From Arthrobacter sp. (GTDB lineage Bacteria; Actinomycetota; Actinomycetes; Actinomycetales; Micrococcaceae): a DNA stretch of 54,964 bases. The DNA lies in NCBI GenBank assembly GCA_036566705.1, contig DATCVX010000098.1:1-54964 (forward strand), in the 5' to 3' direction. Of this stretch, positions 29,623 through 38,941 are shown in pieces. The notes below the pieces were generated by a model. The model had not been told where the DNA came from. It did no database searches and worked only from the letters and a program-made list of their open reading frames with translations. Within the stretch, counting starts at the first letter, position 1; every line of letters starts with the position of its first letter. Position numbers and translations under genes: made by a program.

Positions 29623-29886
29623 TCATCTGTTCAGGCCGCGTCGGAGAACGTTGAGCCTTGCGGTGTACTCGTTCTCGTCGATTTCACCACGGGCAAACCT
29701 CTCGGCCAGCAGATCCTCCGCATAGCCGGAGCCGGGGCTGGCGCCGGTGTTACGGCCACGGTTGCCGGGGCCGAGGGCCCGGGCCAGAAGGATGACAGCG
29801 ACGATGACAGCGCCCCAGAACAACAGGAAGCTGATAACCATGAAGACGTAGCCCCAGCCGCCCATGTTGCCGTTCCAAAACATCAT
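29623..29886 (-). CDS. SHOCT domain membrane protein
   Basis: 'MMFWNGNMGGWG', TM helix, 'AEDLLAERFARGEIDENEY'; SD GGAGG. Confidence 0.85.
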   Translation of the reverse strand: MMFWNGNMGGWGYVFMVISFLLFWGAVIVAVILLARALGPGNRGRNTGASPGSGYAEDLLAERFARGEIDENEYTARLNVLRRGLNR

Positions 29887-29966
29887 CTTAAGTCCTCCGG
29901 TGCCGGCCGGTGCAGCAACCGCGCCGGGTCTGGGTTCACTCTCACCCGGGCCGCGCTGCAACGCCA

Positions 29967-29980
29967 GAGGCTTTGGTCCC
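29967..29980. promoter_or_regulatory. DosR-box-like site GAGGCTTTGGTCCC
   Basis: 17-bp context is identical to the ppsA site; upstream of the SHOCT-ligase-GH65 operon. Confidence 0.65.
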
Positions 29981-29994
29981 GGGGACGTCCCGCA

Positions 29995-30915
29995 TCAGGA
30001 CCGGTTCAGCACCCTTAGGCACCGCAGGGTGGCAATGCGGCTGGGTCCGGGCGGTTCAAGGGAGAACCACTGCCTGCCGGGATACGGCGGATAACGTTTC
30101 CACCTGCCGTCTGGCTCCCGTGCTGACCGTATCTTTTCAACGGCGTCTGCGAGGCGCGGATCCGGCGGGAATCCACTTGCCCTGAAATACTCAAGTCCCC
30201 GGAGGATGTCGAAATGCCATTGCGGGGGGAACGGGAAACGGGTGAACTCACTCCTGGCAATCCGTCCCGTGGTGTGCGAGCGGTACAGCTGATGGACGAG
30301 GAAGAAATCCCTTCCCCTTGCCGAAGCCTCCTGCACCTCGATCGCTCCCCCTGAAAGGCCGTAGGCAAGCAAAGCCTCGAGCACGGTGATGGTCGTGTGG
30401 AAGGAACCGTGTTTGGAGCCCGTCCTTAAGGCCCGGCAGTTCCAGCCGCCGTCGGGAAGTTGGTCCCGAAGCAACCAGGCCACCGCTCCGTCCACACGCG
30501 GGTCCTGGATCCGGAAATGCGAGGCCAGCAGCACGAGCATTCCCGTGATGCATGTTTCCGGGGGCCGGGGGAAAAGATTGAGCCCTCCGTCGGTGTAGGT
30601 GGCGCCCTCCCAAAGGCGCTCACAGCCGCGAATGGCGCGCGGATCCCAGGCGGGAAGGCCCAGCCAGCGCAGGAGAAGCAGGGTATACGTGGTGGACGTC
30701 CACTTTGGCAGGTAAAGTCCCTGCGCCCATGTGCCGGCCTCGTCCTGCGCAGTCAGCAGCCTGGCGCCCCACCCTTCCGATGCCACACGGCGCCGTTCAG
30801 CATCCACCTCGTCCGGGGCCGCGCCCACAAGGTCCTGAAGAACCTGCCATCGAACGGCCGGATCGCCCTCAAGCAGCCACCCGATGACATCCTGCGGCGC
30901 GGAAATGGCCGGCAC
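29995..30915 (-). CDS. Conserved protein with prenyltransferase/squalene-cyclase-like repeat fold
   Basis: 'WLLEGDPAVRWQV', QW-like repeats 'QDEAGTW', 'QLPDGGWNC', 'REPDGRW'; start uncertain (GTG 30915 chosen). Confidence 0.7.
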   Translation of the reverse strand: MPAISAPQDVIGWLLEGDPAVRWQVLQDLVGAAPDEVDAERRRVASEGWGARLLTAQDEAGTWAQGLYLPKWTSTTYTLLLLRWLGLPAWDPRAIRGCERLWEGATYTDGGLNLFPRPPETCITGMLVLLASHFRIQDPRVDGAVAWLLRDQLPDGGWNCRALRTGSKHGSFHTTITVLEALLAYGLSGGAIEVQEASARGRDFFLVHQLYRSHTTGRIARSEFTRFPFPPQWHFDILRGLEYFRASGFPPDPRLADAVEKIRSAREPDGRWKRYPPYPGRQWFSLEPPGPSRIATLRCLRVLNRS

Positions 30916-31110
30916 CGATTCCGTCGATGCCCGGGATTCGGAAGGCCCATTCAAAGCAGCCACCGCAACCGCGGCTCTTGATGCATGGCTTCTCCCAGTC
31001 CGGCAGTTGTGCCGGTGGGCACCGGCACGGTTCGGGGTCGAAGGTTTTTCGCACCTCAACCTTACGTCTTCAGGCCCGTGCGCGTCATGGCGGTCGTCGC
31101 ACTGGATCCC

Positions 31111-31124
31111 GTGACTTTCGGCCC
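31111..31124. promoter_or_regulatory. DosR-box-like site GTGACTTTCGGCCC
   Basis: 13/14 identical to the 11110 site; divergent region before the deacetylase. Confidence 0.6.
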
Positions 31125-31335
31125 TGATCCAGGGGCCCGGGCCCGGCGCATGTTTAGGAGACAAGCAAACAACGACCGCGTCAACACGACAGGTATCTGG
31201 CAACCGGAAGAGCACACCTACGGCAAGGACACACCCGGCGGAACCCTGGTCCGTAACCTTCAGGGCGCCTTTTCCGCCGTCAGCATCACAGCTCGGTCCT
31301 GACTTCCATCAACGTAACGTGAGAGGCGACAAGTC

Positions 31336-32316
31336 ATGGCAGTCCCCCAACCACGTGTCGGAAGCGGACGACGGCGCGTGGGCGCCGTCGTGGCGGCGCT
31401 TGCCCTGCTGGCGCTCGCCATTGTGCTCGCCGTCATGACCGCTACCCAACCAGGCAGCCCGCCGTCGTCGTCCCCTGCGCAGACCTCACCGGGGACGGGC
31501 ACAGCATCCCCCTCCACGACGGCGCCCACACCCTCACCTACGCCGTCGCCCACACCCACAGGGACGGAAACCCCGGAAGCCGGCCAGACGCCCGTCCTGC
31601 CCCCTGTGACGGTTCCGCCTTTTCCGCTTCCCGAGCCGCCACCCGAAACAACAGCGCCAACCCCGGCGGACCCGTTCCCGCCATCACTGCGCGGCCAGGA
31701 CCTCACAGTCCTGCCCGGTGCCGGGCGCATCGTGGCCTTGACGTTTGACGCCGGGGCCAACTCAGCGGGGCTTCCCAAAATCCTGTCGGCCCTGTCAGCC
31801 CACCGGGTGCCGGGCACATTCTTCCTGACTGGCAATTGGGCCGTAACGAATCCAGGGGGCGTCGGGCAGATTGTTGCCGCCGGACACCGCGTGGCCAACC
31901 ACTCCATGACGCACCCGGGATTCACCGGGCTCACTGACGAGTTGATCGCCCGGCAGGTTTTGGGTGCGGAGCAGGCGATCCTGGCTGCCGGTGCGGATCC
32001 GGCCCCCTTCTTCCGCTTCCCCTACGGCGAACGGGACGCGCGGACCATAGCTGCCGTGAACAACCTTGGCTACGTGGCGGTCCGGTGGACCGTGGACACG
32101 CTGGGCTGGAAAGGAACAAGCGGCGGCATCAGTACGCAAACCGTCACGGAGCGGGTCATCGCCGGACTCCAGCCAGGTGAAATCATCCTCATGCACATCG
32201 GATCCAACCCCGACGACGCCAGCACACTGGACGCGGATGCCCTGTCCGGCATCATCGAACAGATCAGCGACGCGGGCTACGGCTTCGCCACCCTCGATGC
32301 GCTGCTGGGCAGCTAG
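31336..32316 (+). CDS. Membrane-anchored polysaccharide deacetylase (CE4/NodB)
   Basis: TM anchor, Pro/Thr linker, 'ALTFDAG', 'NHSMTH', 'FRFPYG', 'DTLGW', 'ILMH'. Confidence 0.9.
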   Translation: MAVPQPRVGSGRRRVGAVVAALALLALAIVLAVMTATQPGSPPSSSPAQTSPGTGTASPSTTAPTPSPTPSPTPTGTETPEAGQTPVLPPVTVPPFPLPEPPPETTAPTPADPFPPSLRGQDLTVLPGAGRIVALTFDAGANSAGLPKILSALSAHRVPGTFFLTGNWAVTNPGGVGQIVAAGHRVANHSMTHPGFTGLTDELIARQVLGAEQAILAAGADPAPFFRFPYGERDARTIAAVNNLGYVAVRWTVDTLGWKGTSGGISTQTVTERVIAGLQPGEIILMHIGSNPDDASTLDADALSGIIEQISDAGYGFATLDALLGS

Positions 32317-32388
32317 CCGCCGACACCGGCCGGCGGCACATTCAACTGCCCTCACGGTTTGCGTTGCGGGTACAAGTAGGCTCGCACC

Positions 32389-33147
32389 ATGGCCACCGTC
32401 TCCGTTGTCATCCCCTGCCGCAACGACGCCGTCATGCTGAAGACGTGCCTCGCGCTGTTGTCGATGCAGGTACGGCCCGCCGACGAGATCATTGTTGTGG
32501 ACAATGCGAGCACTGATGACACGGCCGATGTCTGCAGGGCTGCCGGGGTGAAACGCATTCCGGTGGACCTGCAAGGGATCCCAGCCACTGCTGCTGCGGG
32601 CTTTGACGCGGCTGCCGGCGAGATTATCGCCCGCCTGGATACTGATTCCCGGCCTCCGACTGACTGGCTTGAGCGGGTGGAAGCCCTTCTCCTGGCCTCT
32701 GGTCCGATGTCCGCCGTCACGGGGCCTGGCGATTTCTACGGCGGAAGCCCAGTGGTCCGCTGGGCCGGCCGGTATCTGTTTTTGGGAGGATACTTTACTT
32801 TTATCGGAATCCTGATGGGCCATCCGCCGGTGTTTGGGTCGAATTTCGCGCTTCGCCGCGCAGTCTGGCTGGGCATCCGTGACACCGTGGTGCGAAACAA
32901 CCCCGATGTCCATGACGACTTTGACATCTCGTACCATCTGCGCCCTGAGATGACGGTCACCTACGAGCGGAGCCTCCGCGTCGGGGTATCGTCCCGGCCG
33001 TTTGCGAACTGGTCATCGCTGAGGCGGCGCCTTGAGATGTCCATTGTGACCTTCCGGGTCGAGTTCAGGGAGGAACCGCCGGTTAAGCGCCGCCTGGCAC
33101 GCTTACGGTGGCAGCGCATGCATGGGAGGACCGCCGACGACGCGTAG
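32389..33147 (+). CDS. Glycosyltransferase family 2
   Basis: 'SVVIPCRND', 'VVDNASTD', DxD 'LDTD'; -10 TAGGCT 6 nt before ATG suggests a leaderless mRNA. Confidence 0.9.
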   Translation: MATVSVVIPCRNDAVMLKTCLALLSMQVRPADEIIVVDNASTDDTADVCRAAGVKRIPVDLQGIPATAAAGFDAAAGEIIARLDTDSRPPTDWLERVEALLLASGPMSAVTGPGDFYGGSPVVRWAGRYLFLGGYFTFIGILMGHPPVFGSNFALRRAVWLGIRDTVVRNNPDVHDDFDISYHLRPEMTVTYERSLRVGVSSRPFANWSSLRRRLEMSIVTFRVEFREEPPVKRRLARLRWQRMHGRTADDA

Positions 33148-33159
33148 GTCCAGCGTCGC

Positions 33160-34104
33160 TCAGCTCTCCTTCCCGTAGAGGACCAGCAGGTCAAGGCTGA
33201 ATTGGTGTGGCGATGTCTCGCAGGGACTGTGCCCGCCGCGGTAGACGGCGATCCGGGCTCCGATCGCCTGTGCAAAACGCCGGTGCAGGTGCAAAGGCCA
33301 TAGGTCATGCTCACCGACGGCGACGAACTTGGGGAGAGCCGCGTCGGCCAGGAGTTTCCTCAGGTCCGGCGCATGCTTCATCAGTTCAAAGATGTCCCGG
33401 ACAGAAGCCCGGCGGGTAAAACGGAAGCGGTAGTTGACGAACCGCCGGCGCTCTTTGGGCACCCGGACAAAGCCCCTGCGAATACCCCAAATCAGCAGGG
33501 CTGCCCCGATCCGGCCATTGGCCCAGCTGCTGAAACGGCCGATCCGGCTGACGCCACGGAAGCTCTGCCCCGGCTCCGGCGGGCAGCTCAAAAGGGTAAG
33601 GGTCTTGAACAGGTCCGGCCTCCTCGAAAAAGCGAGTTGGGCAACAATGGCGGCGAAGGAGTACGCCACGATGTGCACAGGCTTGCCGCTACCCTCGATG
33701 ACCGCAAGGAAATCCCCGACAAAGAGTTCGTAATCATAATGCCGCTTTGGTGGAACCAGGTTCTCCGGCCCTGCTGCCGCTGACTCATACTGGCCGGCCA
33801 GGTCATAGCTCAGCACGAAAAAGCCCGCACCGGCCAGGTCCGGCATCATGAGCGAGAAGTCCTCTTTCGAGCCAGTGGCGCCCGGAACCAGTACGATCCA
33901 GGGATCGTCGGGGTCACCCATTGCCAAGGCCGCAAGTTGACCGCTGGGTACGGGGATGCGCAAGGTCACGGAGCCAGCAGGCGGGGCGGCCCAGTCTACG
34001 TCCCCCAGTTGGTCATCCCGAAGAACGGCGGCATCAACCCTCGCGGAGCCATTCTCCTGAGGATCGACCCCGGACGGTTCCTGACCTTGCGTCTGCGCTG
34101 CCAT
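33160..34104 (-). CDS. Alpha/beta fold hydrolase
   Basis: 'VPGATGSKEDF', 'DLAGQYES', nucleophile elbow AYSFA, 'GEHD', 'GHSP'. Confidence 0.85.
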   Translation of the reverse strand: MAAQTQGQEPSGVDPQENGSARVDAAVLRDDQLGDVDWAAPPAGSVTLRIPVPSGQLAALAMGDPDDPWIVLVPGATGSKEDFSLMMPDLAGAGFFVLSYDLAGQYESAAAGPENLVPPKRHYDYELFVGDFLAVIEGSGKPVHIVAYSFAAIVAQLAFSRRPDLFKTLTLLSCPPEPGQSFRGVSRIGRFSSWANGRIGAALLIWGIRRGFVRVPKERRRFVNYRFRFTRRASVRDIFELMKHAPDLRKLLADAALPKFVAVGEHDLWPLHLHRRFAQAIGARIAVYRGGHSPCETSPHQFSLDLLVLYGKES

Positions 34105-35209
34105 TGTCTAAAGATAGCCCGGACGGACGCGCAGGGAGCGGATCATGGTCGACAGGCTGATCGGAGACATTCCGGACGAAAGCGTGCAGGCGCCGGTACA
34201 CCTCCTGGGATTCCGGATAGCGGTAGTCCTGTTGCCATGTGTGCTCAGTGTTGGCATTCGCCCAGGAGTAGATCAGGATATCCACCGGCACGGCGTCCTG
34301 CTGAAGCCTTCTGATGAAGTTCAAGTTCGCCTCATAAAAGAAGTCGCGCTCGGACGTGGTCACGAACACCGGTGGAAAACGGCCGTCCAGCCACTCAATG
34401 GGAGACACGAAACCGGCCGCAGCCCTGAGCCGTTCGGTTGCCCGGCCAGTGGAAAAGGGACTTCGAATCCAGCCCCTTGCCTTGCCGCCGGACGGCAGCA
34501 ACATCCGGACGAAGTTCAGGCTAAGGACAAAGCCGCTCTTGAAAAACACTGAGAAATCAACCACGCTGCAGTGCTGGACCAGTCCCTTCAGGTGCTTCCC
34601 GGGGACAGCGGGCTTCAAGGAGTAATGCGCGGCGAGCTCAGGCCTGAAGATGGCAGCCGTGAGCAAAGCCGCGATCTGCCCGCCGGCGGAGTCACCCCCT
34701 AAAACCACGCATTCCGGATCCCCGCCGTACTGGTCGATGTTCGCGCTGACCCACGCCAGCGCGGCGTTTGCATCCCTCAATACATGGCCCATGTGGAAAC
34801 GGGGCGCCTGGCGGTAGTTGACGTTGACCACAACCATCCCGCCGACCGCCTGGTTAGCGCAGTACTTAGTCAGGGCCGCCTTGTCACCGGACGTCCAGCC
34901 ACCGCCGTGGAAATAGACATAGACGGGGAGGGATTTTTCCCGCCCGGTTCTTCCTTCAAGACTGTCCGCGGCCGTAGCTGCAGGGGTCAGCACGTCCAGG
35001 CGGTGCGCCCGCACTTTGTCGCCCAGGTAATTGATGTCGTGGACGTAGTCGACTTCCGTAAGGGGTTCGCTGTTGAACCTCGTCAGTTCACGTGAGCTTA
35101 CCGAGCGCATGAGGAGCCGCCATGTCCACACCGGGACGCGGCGCACAACCCCCCTCGCCCTGCGTGCCAGCGAGAAGGCAGTTTCAGCATGGTGGACCGC
35201 CGTGGTCAT
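34034..35209 (-). CDS. HSL-family esterase/lipase
   Basis: HGGGW, 'NYR', GDSAGG; -10 TAGGAT 6 nt before ATG. Confidence 0.88.
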   Translation of the reverse strand: MTTAVHHAETAFSLARRARGVVRRVPVWTWRLLMRSVSSRELTRFNSEPLTEVDYVHDINYLGDKVRAHRLDVLTPAATAADSLEGRTGREKSLPVYVYFHGGGWTSGDKAALTKYCANQAVGGMVVVNVNYRQAPRFHMGHVLRDANAALAWVSANIDQYGGDPECVVLGGDSAGGQIAALLTAAIFRPELAAHYSLKPAVPGKHLKGLVQHCSVVDFSVFFKSGFVLSLNFVRMLLPSGGKARGWIRSPFSTGRATERLRAAAGFVSPIEWLDGRFPPVFVTTSERDFFYEANLNFIRRLQQDAVPVDILIYSWANANTEHTWQQDYRYPESQEVYRRLHAFVRNVSDQPVDHDPLPARPSGLSLDNGSADARSGTVRGRSSGEWLREG

Positions 35210-35258
35210 CCCATAATCCTAGCCGGAAGACCGGAGTGCCGAACCTCGGCGGGCACCG

Positions 35259-35272
35259 GGGTCTTTCGTCCC
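35259..35272. promoter_or_regulatory. DosR-box-like site GGGTCTTTCGTCCC
   Basis: 12/14 match to consensus; context nearly identical to the 4683 site; last box seen in the window. Confidence 0.65.
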
Positions 35273-35491
35273 TGTTCCCTGTGTCCCCCGGCGGTGTCTA
35301 CTGGAGGGACAGCGCCCCGCTGAAGGTCCTTCCTTGCCCAGAGTTTGGAGAAGCTGTCATGTCCGATCTGCTGAAATCGCCTCCGTTCAGGGCCAGCTTC
35401 TCCGACGGGGTGGTGGAAGTCCGGGCCCCCCATTCGGACAAGGCCCCGCAGGCGGCGGCCCCGAATAAACTCCCGACCACCCGCGGATAAG

Positions 35492-35860
35492 ATGATCTCC
35501 CCGACGCAAGGCAGGGACTCCGGGGCCCGCGCCTCCGGCACCGGGAACGCGGTAGATATCAGGTCCCTGTGGTCACGGCTGGACCCGGCAACCCGGCAGT
35601 GGTTCATGGACCATACCGGCACAGCCGTCGTGCCCCGCACCCTCACGGCCGTGATGTGCCAGGCCGCCGGCCAGCTCCTGCCCCAGGATTCGCACGGTCA
35701 GGTCCGGCTCACCGCGGACGACATGCTGTTCATCCGGGGCCGGGCCCACAGCGCCTTCGCCGCCCATGGCACCGAACGGTTCTTTGAAAGCGTTCAGCCC
35801 GAAGCCCCCCGGTACCGTACCAGCGGCCAGCACACCAGGGACTTGCCGCCCCCGGCCTGA
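35492..35860 (+). CDS. Hypothetical protein
   Basis: GC-rich codon usage; protein-like core 'DIRSLWSRLDPATRQWF'; start uncertain. Confidence 0.6.
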   Translation: MISPTQGRDSGARASGTGNAVDIRSLWSRLDPATRQWFMDHTGTAVVPRTLTAVMCQAAGQLLPQDSHGQVRLTADDMLFIRGRAHSAFAAHGTERFFESVQPEAPRYRTSGQHTRDLPPPA

Positions 35861-35921
35861 CGCCGGGTCGCCATATTTGGACCCGGCTCCAACAATTCGG
35901 CCGTTTGGGAGAGGTAAAGGC

Positions 35922-36254
35922 ATGACTGAGGTAGTGCGATACGAAGTGGGATCCGGCACCGTGCTGGTAGAAGTGGACGGCAACAGCTACGGCGTCAATC
36001 ACCCCGCCCGGAACGAGCAGGGAATTGTCGACGCAGGCCGGCGTTTGGAGGATGCGCTGGCCAGCGTGCGTCCGGCGGCAATTGCCGTACTGGAGGCAAT
36101 GAGGGAACTCGCTCCCGAGCAGATGGAGATTGAATTCGGCGTGAAACTTGCCGGGGACGCAGGGGCCGTCATCGCCAGGAACAGCGCTGACGGCCACTTC
36201 ATCCTGCGGATGTCGTGGTCTGCCTCGGCAGTGGCGCCGGAGGAGGAAGAATAG
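35922..36254 (+). CDS. Trypco1 / CU044_2847-family small protein
   Basis: 'GTVLVEV...LEDALASVRPAA...PEQMEIEFGVKLAGDAGAVIA..SADGHFILRMSW' fits the family pattern from recall; SD GAGG/AAGG. Confidence 0.75.
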   Translation: MTEVVRYEVGSGTVLVEVDGNSYGVNHPARNEQGIVDAGRRLEDALASVRPAAIAVLEAMRELAPEQMEIEFGVKLAGDAGAVIARNSADGHFILRMSWSASAVAPEEEE

Positions 36255-36279
36255 CGAAACAAAGCTGTAAGGAACAGCC

Positions 36280-37215
36280 ATGAATGAAGCACTCGTCCAT
36301 ATTGAGGGTTTCCGGATGGATTTCGGGGATACCACCGTCATCCGCGATCTGTCCTTCGATGTCCACAGGGGTGAAACCTTTGGATTCCTCGGCAGCAACG
36401 GGTCGGGCAAGACGACCACCATCAGGGCGCTCCTGGGAATCTACCAACCCACCGCGGGGATCCTCCACATTGACGGCAGGCCGTTCCGTCCCGAAGCCGG
36501 TGAGCGCCTCGGCTACCTGCCCGAGGAGCGTGGGCTGTACAAGAAGGAAAAGGTCATCGACATCATGACCTACTTCGGCCGCCTCAAGGGTCTCGAACGG
36601 AACGCGGCCAAGCGCTGGTCCCTCGCTTACCTGGAGCGTGTCGCGTTGGCGGGCAAAGCCGGCCTGCAACTGGACAAGCTCTCCGGCGGCGAACAGCAGA
36701 AAGTCCAGCTTGGCGTCACCATCATGAACGAACCCGAGCTACTGATCCTGGACGAACCAACCAAAGGCTTCGACCCGGTCAACCGTCGCCTGCTCATGGA
36801 CATCATTGCCGGACACAAGGCGAAAGGTGCGACCGTCGTCATGGTGACCCACCAGATGGAGGAAGTCGAACGCCTTTGTGACCGCGTAATCCTTCTTAAA
36901 AACGGAACCGCTGAGGCCTACGGAACCATTGACGAAGTCCAGGACCAATACGGCGGCCGCATCATACGGCTCAAGCACAGTGGCCTGGTCCCCGCATCGC
37001 CCCGGTACACGGTGATGCTCGACGAGACCAACTATTCGGAGCTGTCGATTGCCGACGACACCGATGAAGCCGACATCCTGAAGGAGCTCATCGCCGCCGG
37101 CGTCGCCGTCCGTTCCTTTACCACCACCAAAATCTCCCTCGAGGAAATATTCATTCGGGTCTACGGCGACCAAAACATGACCGACGCAGCCACCTATGAG
37201 ACGGCACGAGCGTAA
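36280..37215 (+). CDS. ABC transporter ATP-binding protein
   Basis: Walker A GSNGSGKTT, LSGGE, ILDEP, H-loop. Confidence 0.95.
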   Translation: MNEALVHIEGFRMDFGDTTVIRDLSFDVHRGETFGFLGSNGSGKTTTIRALLGIYQPTAGILHIDGRPFRPEAGERLGYLPEERGLYKKEKVIDIMTYFGRLKGLERNAAKRWSLAYLERVALAGKAGLQLDKLSGGEQQKVQLGVTIMNEPELLILDEPTKGFDPVNRRLLMDIIAGHKAKGATVVMVTHQMEEVERLCDRVILLKNGTAEAYGTIDEVQDQYGGRIIRLKHSGLVPASPRYTVMLDETNYSELSIADDTDEADILKELIAAGVAVRSFTTTKISLEEIFIRVYGDQNMTDAATYETARA

Positions 37216-37220
37216 CGGAG

Positions 37221-38471
37221 ATGGCACAACACAACCTCGGCACCGTCGTCAGCTTCGAGTTCTTCCGCACCATCACGAAGAAGCGATTCTGGATCGGCAC
37301 CCTCGCAGTGCCAGTCATTATGGCCGTCGTTTTCCTGCTCATCTACATCAGCAACACCTCCACCTACAGCGCATCTGACGCACAGCGGAGCGCTACGTTT
37401 TCAGTCTCCTACACGGACGCGTCAGGGCTCATCACGCCGCAGGCGGCGGCTGCGTTCAGCGCATCCGAGGCTGGCTCCCCGGAGGAGGGCGTCCGCGCGG
37501 TCCGGACCGGCAGCGTCGACGCCTTCTTCGATTTCCCGGCGGACCCCACCACCTCAGCGATAAGGGTTTATGGTGTCGACCAGGGCCTGTTCGAGAACAA
37601 CAAATACTCAGCCGTTGCCCAGGCGATGCTGACGCAGGCGGTCAATGCCCGCATCGGCTCGTTACAGCTTGCGGCCCTGGCAGGCACCAGCGCGGCCGTT
37701 GATGTAAAGACCTACCGCGACGGGGCAGAGTCCGGGGGGTTTAACTCCGCCATCCCGCCGCTCTTCTACCTCGTCATTTTCTACGGACTGATCATTCTTC
37801 TGGCCGGACAGATGCTCAGTTCCACCTTGGAGGAAAAGGAGAACCGGGTCACTGAAATGATCCTGACCACACTGAAGCCCACAACACTGATCAGCGGCAA
37901 AGTCCTGGCGCTCTTCGCTATTGGGCTAGTTCAAATAGTTGTCTTCGCCTCGCCGGTCATCGTCGGCTACATCTTCTTCCGCAGGCAGGTCAACATTCCC
38001 GACTTCGACCTCTCTTCACTTGTCTTCGAACCGGGTCCCATGGTTGCCGGTTTCCTCATCCTCGTTGGCGGCTTCGCCCTGTTTACCACCACGCTAGTGG
38101 CGATCGGCGCCGTTATGCCGACAGCCAAGGAAGCAGGAAACTTCATGGCCGTCGTCATTGCCCTGATCTTCGTGCCGTTCTATGCAGTTTCGCTGATCTT
38201 CTCCAACCCGCAGGCAATGATTGTGCAGGTCTTCACGTATTTCCCGTTCTCCGCCCCTGTCACGGCCCTCCTCCGGAACGGACTCGGATCCCTCAGCGCA
38301 GGCGAGGCAGCAATTGTCATTGCCATCCTCTTCACCGGCGCCGTGGCAATGTTCTTCCTGGGCGTCCGGCTCTTCCAATACGGTTCCATTTCCTATAACT
38401 CCAAGGTCAACATCAGGACCGCCCTCAGCAGCGGTCACCGCGCAACGGCAGCCCCAACGCCAGGTAACTGA
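37221..38471 (+). CDS. ABC-2 transporter permease (NatB/YhaP-like)
   Basis: 'EEKENRVTEMIL', 'GKVL', 'YFPFSAP', multiple TMs. Confidence 0.9.
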   Translation: MAQHNLGTVVSFEFFRTITKKRFWIGTLAVPVIMAVVFLLIYISNTSTYSASDAQRSATFSVSYTDASGLITPQAAAAFSASEAGSPEEGVRAVRTGSVDAFFDFPADPTTSAIRVYGVDQGLFENNKYSAVAQAMLTQAVNARIGSLQLAALAGTSAAVDVKTYRDGAESGGFNSAIPPLFYLVIFYGLIILLAGQMLSSTLEEKENRVTEMILTTLKPTTLISGKVLALFAIGLVQIVVFASPVIVGYIFFRRQVNIPDFDLSSLVFEPGPMVAGFLILVGGFALFTTTLVAIGAVMPTAKEAGNFMAVVIALIFVPFYAVSLIFSNPQAMIVQVFTYFPFSAPVTALLRNGLGSLSAGEAAIVIAILFTGAVAMFFLGVRLFQYGSISYNSKVNIRTALSSGHRATAAPTPGN

Positions 38472-38941
38472 CGGCAGCAGTCCGTCCAACGCCGGCTTCT
38501 TCCCCTTGTCGAAACCCAACAATATCGTGCCTGCACCGGGAAACTACCGTCTACTCGGAAGGAATGTCCGCCGCTCAACCCGGCCAGGGCGTGTTGCTAA
38601 AGCTGGCTTTTGGCCACGCGAGTGAGGCAGCGATTTGCCCGCGGGACTACAGCTCGCCCACGAGGTGCGCCTGAAGCATTGCGGCGACGACTACCTGGGC
38701 CTCGCCGCGGATCCGCGGGTTGCCGGGGCCACTGCGGCGACAACAGTGCCGGTCACACTGGATGCGGGCCCCACGCTGCAGCGCGATCCGGCCACACGGC
38801 GCTGGTCCCCCGCAAGGGCGGCTGGGCCCTGGTCGCCGCCCAGCACAGCCCGGTCAGCTGGGCGGGTGCGGACCGGTTGCGGCGCCGTGAGGGAGCGATC
38901 GACGACGGAGGCGTCCCGGACGGCCGGGACGCTTGCGGTCG

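Noticed and set aside
38680-38730. 'DDYLGLAADPRV' resembling the BioF N-terminus
   Set aside because: No further PLP-enzyme similarity follows; probably chance.
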